From Marsupella aquatica (Eukaryota; Plantae; Marchantiophyta), in NCBI GenBank assembly GCA_973895155.1, contig OZ316897.1:11059832-11123831 (forward strand): a stretch of DNA of 64,000 nt, read 5' to 3'. The notes beneath the pieces were generated by a model. It saw only the letters and a program-made list of their open reading frames with translations. It searched no databases and was not told the DNA's origin. Below are positions 51,460 to 64,000 of the stretch, piece after piece (the stretch's first letter is position 1; each line of letters opens with the position of its first letter). The position numbers and the translations under genes were made by a program.

Positions 51460-52693
51460 TTAAGCAGCGGAGCGATGAAAGTGAACATTCCTCCACTGGT
51501 TATCCACTTTTTCCCACACCCTGCTTTCATTCCAGGCCTTGGTTTCATTGGTGTTTTGATCCCGAACTAGACGTGTGTATGTGACTAGTCCCGCATTGTT
51601 CCCTAAGAGAGTGACCTTCGGTGCTACTATAGTAGAGTCCGAAGGGGAAACTGTTCCACTGGCAGCTTTCTTGTCAAAGTAGAATTTGTGAAAATCCAAG
51701 CCTTCCACCAGATGACCTGCACGACTCTCAACACAAGCAAGGCTCAGCCAAGAGACCTACCAAAGCAGACAGAAGACAACTTTAGCAAAGTAGTCCAGAA
51801 CGCTCAGCTATTGCAATGGATTAAGAAAAAAATTCCGACTCGCCCAAGCACCTCCACATCAGGCATCAAATATTGTGGACTCCTGTTCCAATAAAATATT
51901 ATTCTCAGATAAAGCACTATTCTCAGATTCACCGAGTGCACTATTCTCAAATTCACAATACAGAAACGGAAGCTGTCCTGTATTGCCAGATTCTTTCGTA
52001 GAAATGAGAGACATACACGACTTTTATCTAAACAATTCAAGAAATGTTGTTCCGGCCTTATTCATATGAAACGTTATCTGGAAGACATCCTTTTCGTGAA
52101 GAAATTTGTATCTCGCCTTAGATAGATTAAGTCTTCACTCCAGAGTGAAGCAGGCCAGAGCACATCAGCAAGCGTTGGAAAATCTGATCAATATACAAAA
52201 TTCCACAAATTCCTACAACACAAACTTCAAGCCTGCTCATTCGTTATGTCAGTTCCAAATGTTACAGACTTTGTCCTCTTTTCTTCTTCTTCTTCCATGA
52301 GAGGCAAGCTATCTCCTAAAGTGGGTTGATTTTGGACTCCCATCAGACGACAAAATAACAATGCTTATGAGCACTTACAAGTCCGTCAGAAGTTAATTCC
52401 TTTTACCATTTACTATTTTCCAGAACGCCTGCAAGGCAGGATCTTGGAAGGCATTAATTGAGGAGCTCAATCCCTCAAAATTACACGGGCCTCCGTTGGA
52501 ACTGGTGCTAGGTGTCCCAGTATCTAGAACTGTCCAGCATTCAAGCAATCCAATCAGGCAGGAAATGCGGTTACGTACCTGCAGCTTCCGGTTCAAATGC
52601 AGTCAGTCCCGGATCGCAGAGTTCTTTGTATACGCCATAATCGTTTCTGTCAATCCCTCGCAAGAGGCTTTCTGTAGTCCGAAGTAAATCAAC
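51460..52693 (-). CDS. CaMKII association (hub) domain, exons 52579-52693 and 51460-51716; probably the C-terminal exons of the UMP-CMP kinase gene
   Basis: Translation [52 protein letters not shown]...ESRVWEKVDNQWRNVHFHRS closely matches the CaMKII hub signatures ([27 protein letters not shown]; ETRVW...W..VHFHRS). The intervening intron is GT-AG. Confidence 0.92.
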
Positions 52694-54130
52694 CTATAGT
52701 CGTCAATGACACTAAGATTTTATGTTAGCGAAAATTTCTTGTTTTAGAAAACGAAACTTTGTACGAATCAAGTGCTGAACTCTGCATTTAGCCAGGGAAA
52801 CCAGGGGCCAAAATAAAATTGTCTCCTTTATGTACTATTCAAACTTTACAATAGCCCATTTATGTAGCAATCAAACTTTATGATAGCTCTAAGTTGGTAT
52901 TCATTGAGAATACGTGCCCTCATTATCTTTGCCATGTTTAGGTCCAGCAAGTTTCCTAGACATATTTGTGTGCACCAATCTGCACATTGTAAGTTATCAA
53001 CAGCGACATCCAGTTCCTACACCAACAATATATAGATGCTGTACACAACTTTTTGCTTTATTGGATGGTTTTGGAATCCAAGCCTTGAATGCGTCATATA
53101 GGTACAGCGGACTGTAACCCAAGTTCTGAACTGAACTCTTGAGGGTTGCTACAGGTGAGTTTGAGGGACTTTCGATACAACTAAGGTGAGAAACTTGGTG
53201 GCTCAGAGGTTGCAAGTTGTTTGAAGATTGAACACCCATCAGATGCACCGATGCTTTATACACATTCAAATCGGATGCAAGGGACTTTCTTCAGTGATCA
53301 AGGTTCAGAAGGTGGATGAGCAGCGAGTGCAGCAATACTTGTGGCAGATGCAGTCCATACCTTTCACTCACTCACAGATCTCAGAGGCTTCATACCAAAA
53401 ATTGAAAGATAGAAGTTGTGCTCGACATTGGACGCAATAATTGAAAAGAACTTTTGCAACCTAAGATAATTGTCTCTCGGACGCACTGTAGCCGTGGATG
53501 GTCTATTTTGCTTTGAGTAAAAAGAACTCTTTATCAATACTCATAAGATAGCCCAGTCTGTGGGACTTGTAAATGCGGACCTGGCTAGAGGTGGCGGCTC
53601 ACAGCTCAATAGGAGACATGTAAGAATGAGGAACAATCTATAAAATGGGTAGAAGTTTGCTTCCTCCCATACAATATCTCATTCTTGGCTATCAACTCTT
53701 TCCTTGGAGGCAGACATGATCCACAGTCTACTACATGGCTATATCTGTTCTATTTCAATCCACTGTCGGGACAAGCTCATCATTTACGGAAGAACACTTT
53801 TGGCCTGAACTGTCACAGAGATAATTGTTCCCCTCTTGGATTGAACGAAAATGAAGCATTAAGTGCCCATGGATCACTGCCGTGGAGTGAATGCCGTGAC
53901 CTTAAGCAAATAACATTTCCTTCGGCCACAAATACAATGCTATACTTTGGAATAGGTTTGAAGGTGTAGCATTGATGGTTATGTGGTTTCGATGGTGTTT
54001 GATAGTGTATGTTTGATAGTTACCAAGGTTTGATAGTTACCAAGGTTTGATAGTGTTTTATAACTCTCCACTTATCCATACACCTCCAGAAACAGTATCA
54101 CGTATACGGCCAGGTAGTTGATCATTATTA

Positions 54131-57872
<3,742 letters not shown>

Positions 57873-58391
57873 CCTCCCTCGGCCCTCCTCGCTGTCTCTC
57901 CCCTTCCTCCCTCCCTCCCTTCCCTCACTCTCCGCTCCCACGCTCCTCTCAACTTTAATTAATTAACCACAGCACTCAACTTTCACGGACGGATCCAAAG
58001 ATTGCCCGACCCCGCATCGATTCTTTCCCCTCCAATTGCTCTACGCCTCCTCCTCCTCTCGGCCTACGTCTGTCAGGGAGGGAATCAATCCACTCTGTCC
58101 TGCTGCTGCACTTTCCACGACCAGCACGCGGATTCGTGGATCATTCTGTTCCGTTGTTGACCGCCTGCCTCCGCTCCCTCTCCTAGGATCCCACCATACT
58201 ACCATAGTGTCCTAGTGTGTGGTACGCTTCTTCCGTGTTCCTTCGTTCCTGTGTTCGTTCGTTCGTTGGTTCAATCGTTGGCTTTGCTCCAATTTGTGTG
58301 TAATGAATGCCTGCCCGCCGAGCCTGCCGCCGAGCCTAAACCCAGCCCTTAGACAGCTACCCGACCATGGCACACATTGATTTGCGAGTAA

Positions 58392-58728
58392 GGGCCACTT
58401 TACAAGAAGGGTGCGATAATTTGATTACTTTCTACCAGGGTTGTAACATAGCCCAACTTTTTGTGTGTCCCGGAAGTCTCTAGACCAATCCAAGGCAGGA
58501 CTTGTAGGAGAAAGTGGTCTGCCCATTTTCACACCTCCGGAGGTCTGATAGTCTAGCGCCCGGATGAGAGCCCCGAGCCAGCTAGCCTGAGCTGATCCAT
58601 ACCAGCATGCAAGTTCGGTCATTCCCGCAACTCAACTAGCCGCGCCAATCTTCTAAACAATGGTCATGATTGATTGGGTCCTGAAGAAAGAGGGACTAAA
58701 TTGCCGCGCCCATCTTGTAAAGTGGCCC
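58392..58728. mobile_element. PIF/Harbinger Tourist-like MITE
   Basis: A ~31-bp TIR beginning GGGCCACTTTACAAGA, with a TAA TSD (58389-58391 and 58729-58731). Confidence 0.88.
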
Positions 58729-58789
58729 TAATGTAATTGCCATCTTGTAAAGTGGCCCTAATGTAATTGTATTCCAGTGAACCCTTCAA

Positions 58790-58990
58790 GTACTCTAATA
58801 ACTAGCCTGACTACTCTTTCCTTTCAGAGTGCTCTAATAACTAGCCTGACTATTCTGTCCTTGAACGAGAATAGAATTGAAAAAAAAAAACACTACTCTT
58901 TTGTTTCCAGTACTGTAATAACTAGGCTGACTATTCTGTCCTTGAACGTGTCTGAATAGAATTGAAAACAAAAAAAAACAAAAAAAATTA
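58790..58990. repeat. Short tandem repeat (TAATAACTAGCCTGACTATTCTGTCCTTGAACG)
   Basis: Three diverged copies. Confidence 0.7.
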
Positions 58991-61860
58991 TACTCTTTTC
59001 CGTTATCTTTGTATATCGTTTCTTTTTTGTGCACCTTTTAGATTTATCTTATTGAGAGTTATTATACATTTTGTCCTTATTTGAATTATGATCTAGACCC
59101 TAGCCTTTAAAAGTAGTTTCTGTTTGTGATTATATAGTAAGATATACTCGGTTCCAACATCATAGATGTGACAAATGGATGGGTAGTGGGAAGTGGAGGT
59201 AAGAAAGGAGGGGCCAAAGGAATAATAATAGTTGGTGATATGCAAGAACAATCGAGTTTATCATGGTATGAAAATTTTATTGAACTTGTGGGCATGACAA
59301 AAAAAGTTCTAGGATAACCGAGGGGGGCCGGGACTAGTGGCAGACAGAAAACTCTTTTGAGCATTCTGGTAGCAGGGTTTAATTTGTGAATAATTCTTTT
59401 CCAGGAGAACGTTTTCTGGCTATATATATTGGGCACAAGATTAGGATAGCAGCATGGAGTAAAAATGGTTACTCACCAATAACTTTTGTTCCATACAGAT
59501 TATTTTATGTACTGTAGTAGTAGCTCTGTTCTCAATTCTCAATTGCAAAAAGTTATTTATACTTGCTTCCACACTTTTGTCGAAGGCCAATTAGATTTTT
59601 CCCTATAAAAAAGTTTTCTTATTCTATTTTATTGTATCTACAACTATAATAAAGGATTTTGTCTTTTTTAGTCCTTTGTCTCAATACAAAAAAGCTCCTG
59701 AGCGGGAAAGATCCACAGCTGTTGGATTTTATTAGTTGTTTTCCCTGACCATTGATGGAAAAAATGTGCACACCTGGCACATATGTGCTTCCCGTTGCCC
59801 CATAAATGCCCCGGCCCGATTCCCTATGGGCCGGCCCTTCTTGCATAGTGCACCGCACGGGCATAGGGCTCGTTTGCCTATAAGTAGGCAAAACATGTGT
59901 TCAAAGCCAATTTCAACAAACTGCCCATTGCCCTAAGATGCCGGAATATTTTTCAGCCCCTTGTTTTAGAGACATCACATTTTCACTCTAGGCACCTGTG
60001 TCTTTTTTGCTCCTGCAGCACATCAAAGCCATGTATATGATCAAAGCATTTTTCTAGCAGCCCCAACAACATCCTTTCCATTTCTTTCAGGGCCTAAAAT
60101 CGACGCAAAGCAGCTGTGTGCCCTAGCTATTTCCCCCCAAGGATTGTTTCATTTAGGGGCAAAGCTATTCTGGGCCGTATACATAGGTTCCTCCCAAGCA
60201 CTCAACATAATTCTAGGTGATAGGGTTTGTAGGAAATGAGGTGGCAAGCCATGGCAAAGGATGGCTCTCTTGACCCATCCCTCATCTACTCAAACTCATT
60301 TGGAGCTCATTAGGTCCCTCTGTTAATTTCCTCCTCAAGCCATACATTTTCATATACAATATAATTTGTCAGTTACCTTATTCCACATTACAACATACTG
60401 GCAAGAACCCAAATCTACCATGGAACTGGTCTTTGGTCCTTGGGGGCCTCACTCTAAAGGGGGTCTCTTATCACTCTCAATGTTTTTAGCTATTAAACAC
60501 CCTAAAAAATAAGAAGACAAAATTTTTCCAAACTATTTTTCTACTCCAAAGAATATTCAAACATATTCTCAAAATTCATTTCTAAAACACTATCTTTTCT
60601 TATAATTCTCAAAATTGGATTTTAAAACCCTAATGTTCTTCTACAGAAATTTGAAATCATTTTACTCAACCTAATAACAAACCCTATATTTACTTTTGTG
60701 TGATAGGTGGAAAGAAAACAAGTGAGGACCCCAAGCTTCAGTCACTTGGATTGGTAGTGACACGGCCCAAACCAGTGCCAGAAACATCCATGGAAACCCA
60801 GAAAACCTCAAGGGGCAATGTATCATGGTGAGAGAATAGGGGGAAACAAACCCACAACTTGTGCTTATTAGCAAGCATTCCCACCAGTGTGCTAGAGTAG
60901 AACCTCACCTGCCACTCACTCCAAAGCTACTGCAAATCTTTAAATCTCTGCACATAGAATACTGATGAGAGTACCCAACAACCAATAGGTTCATTTATTG
61001 GCTCAACGAGCATCTCATGAGCAAACACCAATCTTCTTGAGATTTGTGTACTTTTTGTAATGCACGGCCGTATCATGCTCCAGCAGCACTTGCATGGTAA
61101 AATGTACACGTTCCATATCAAGGCTGGCTTTACATGATGAGGTGGTGATAGGGCCATTTGCAAAAAAGAATTCACTTAGAGTAAATGGCTAGCCTACTTT
61201 AGCTAGACGCTTACTTTTGGAATGGTAATACACCAGTCCTCCATGGCACATTGTGGGGCCCATCTGGATCCTAGGTGTACGGGCCATTTAATTCCTTCTT
61301 GTAGTCCACCTCGTGAGATGGTTTCTCAAATGGCCTTGAGGACCATTTCTCATTTGGGAATCTCACATCTTACCTTGAAAATGACTCCCTTGTTTTGCTA
61401 TGGAACACTTGAAAGTGATAGGAATTGATAGTCAACAGGTGGCCCTATCCTGTAGGTATTGAAAATGTATGGAAAATATGGCCTGGGTTTATGTAAAGTC
61501 CCCCTTGAGCACTCTCTACAGCCTTATGTCATAGTATCTGTCGTCTCAAGCTCAACTTTTATACTAAGGATGTATCAAGGTCTTAGTACATGTTCATTTT
61601 CCAAGTAGATTGAATTGCTCCCCATAATGATTGTAAATGCGTACTTGCTTCTATATTGGCTTTAATTACAATAATGAGGGTTTGACCACTCCCATTTTTT
61701 CTAGACCAAACTGTGGGCAACTTTAGGGCTATATGTAGGCTATTAGCCCAAAGGCAACAGGCCAAGCTCGTGACACTCTCTCCATAACCCAATGCAAAGC
61801 AAGCAGTAAGTTGCTCAAGGGCATTTAAAAGTAAGATTTCTGGTTGTTTTAAACTAGCAC

Positions 61861-62822
61861 CAAATATATATATATATACACATTTTTTTTACAGAAAAAG
61901 GCCAAATAGAGTACAAAAGAATAAACAAGAGAGGTCCCAAGTGGACAAAACCAAACGCAAAAGAAGTGAGCAAAAGGAAACACTAAAAACCAAGAAAGAG
62001 GAACTAAAAGAAGTGAGCAAAAGGAAACCCCTAAAAACCAAGAAAGAGTAACTAAAACTATCGCAAATGGACCGAGGTCCTCATCATACCTAGCAAATGT
62101 GGCAACAAGCTAGTGGTCTACATCAAGTGTCGAAACTAGATCGGCAAGTGGGACAGGAATGTCCTCTAGGGGGGCTAGCCGCTGCGGAGTCACACTAGCA
62201 CCCACTGTCAGAGATCGACGATAGACGGCCCGAGCTTGAGCACGCTGTAAGGTGACTGAAATGCGTTGGCGAAAGTGCGTGGTCAAAACAGATAGCGGGG
62301 GCCCGGTGGGACCCATCCGGCCGTGAACATCCCGAGCAGCTTGGCGAAGAAGCCCGTCGAACTGATGATGGAGACGCCCAAATATCTCAAGAGCAAGGGG
62401 CAGGAAGCTATCAGATGAAGCTTGTGCAGCATATTTGGCCTCCTTCGTTGTTGTTGCTCATGATGCTGCTGCCCCTGCCGTTGTTGCCGCTGTCTCAATG
62501 ATGTCTTGGCGCAATGGGTTTGCCACCACTACATCTGCCAAAGTACGGTGACCTTCACGGACCATGGTAAGATCCACCCGTAATCGCTATGATGGAGGAC
62601 CAGGTAACTCGAGCACCACCTCCTGCCGCACACAGACCAAAGAGCCAGAGAGAACCTGAGCAGTCACATCTCTCACAGCGTCGTGAACAAAAATGGTTTC
62701 GCCGCCCAAACTGCATCGAAGAAGATGGACACCTGTGGCATCACAAGGCTTCCCACAAGTGCAAGTAGGAGGTAAACCAGCAAGAAGTGGGTGGGGCAAG
62801 CCCATACGAAGACGCATGTTGT
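61861..62822 (-). mobile_element. 5'-truncated RLE-type (CRE/R2-group) non-LTR retrotransposon
   Basis: Motifs CTCGKPCDATGVHLLRC, HDAVRD, RVDL...LADVVVANP, PLALEIFGRL and FRQRISVTLQRAQA are present. An A/AT-rich tail lies at ~61862-61890. A ~41-bp TSD occurs at 61820-61860 and 62823-62863. Confidence 0.88.
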
Positions 62823-62863
62823 GGCATTTAAAAGTAAGATTTCTGGTTGTTTTAAATTAGCAC

Positions 62864-63300
62864 AAAAGATGTTGTTGCATTAAAGATGTCGTTTGCAGTA
62901 AAAGTATTTTTGCGCAAAAGATGTCATTGTATAGAAGATGTCATTGCACAAAAGATATTGTTATGTAAAAGAGGCAGTTTCTGCAAAAGGCATCGTTGCA
63001 TCACAAATGTCGTTGCACAAGAGACATAATTTAGAAAATAATCAATTTGTGCAAAAGAGCTTACTAGGTACAAAGTGAAAAGAGAAAATAGTCAACATTG
63101 AAAAGTGAACACAATACACATGACTAGGTCTTTATTTGTTTCAATAGAGAACCTCATATTACAACAATTTTGGTCAACTTTGTCTTCATTATCCAGAAAT
63201 ATACTATTACCTGTGGATGTTACTCTTGAAAAGGTAATGCATAACTGACCATAACTGAAATTTGACCTAGAAAGTTGCAAGCCTACATGTTCTAATTAAT
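62864..63300 (-). mobile_element. Helitron remnant (Pif1 helicase C-terminal motif plus short repeats)
   Basis: VGLQLSRSNFSYGQLCITFSRVTS resembles G.L....FSHGQLYVA.SRV. AAAGATGTCGTTG-type repeats like those at 27080-27660 are adjacent. Confidence 0.7.
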
Positions 63301-64000
63301 TAAAGTCTAAAGTCAGCCAACCCTTCAACAAAGCCATTCATTCACCCCATATTCTCAAGACCATATTTTCCACAGGCATCCAACTCATGTGATTAGGATA
63401 CACCCTTTTAAGGTTGCTTGGTTCTTGTTGTGCCAATGCAGAGACCCCAAGGGAGCACGACATAGCTTGACTGACTTTTCAACTGACCATCTTCATTGAC
63501 CCCATTTTCCCAATATTGTCCAGTCCATTTGTAACACACTTTCAAGTTTAGTACTTGGCCACTTCCTCTGCAATACCATGCCGTTAGGAGTTGTGGTTTG
63601 GCTTGTGTCACTTGTTAACTTTGGATTTTGAGACAAGGTGGTCCCCTCATAAATGTTTCTCAAGACCTGCTACCCCTGGCCCAACCTTGGGCCAATAATT
63701 TTGGCCCCCAACCAGTTGGTGTTTCATTTCATTGTAAAACTTTAAGAGATGCTTGTGGGAGAGTCAAGACCCAAGGTTCCAATGTCCAGGGTGCAGGAGG
63801 GAAGGGGGGGGGGGGGGGGGTAGTATTTGACCTCCTCGCAAATCCAACTGGTCTAGGCAGAGGCAGGGACGCATGGTGGATCCAGTCAAGGTGTTGCTCC
63901 TGATCACAAGCCGTGCAGGTCCAGGTGCAACATATTGAAAAAGTCAGCAACGTCCTACACTAGAGACCAGCAAGCACACATTGCATCTATGCCATAAATA

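Overview
Eukaryotic DNA with spliceosomal GT-AG introns. It is most consistent with a non-seed land plant such as a bryophyte; this is inferred from gene and TE types. Positions 1-28 kb are a nested, degenerate transposon stack. A large CACTA element (Tnp2 transposase, a SET-domain ORF, and a divergent ORF2) sits inside the integrase of a Ty3/Gypsy element. That element's pol carries a full-length but degenerate DNMT3-like C5 cytosine methyltransferase domain between protease and RT. A second Gypsy fragment ends in an integrase-fused PHD finger. Solo LTRs, small CACTAs, MITEs, a LINE endonuclease and Helitron remnants are also present. Positions 28-58 kb hold host genes: a 6-exon secretory-type polyphenol oxidase, a 2-exon LRR receptor-like protein, a bacterial-type cupin, and a UMP-CMP kinase. 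The last kinase exon can be spliced in frame to two exons encoding a CaMKII association (hub) domain. Positions 58-64 kb contain a Tourist MITE, a CRE-like RLE non-LTR element with a ~41-bp TSD, and Helitron remnants. The top candidates for novelty are the TE-borne chromatin modules (DNMT, PHD, SET) and the NMP-kinase::CaMKII-hub fusion. All calls were made by eye from motifs; no database searches were run.
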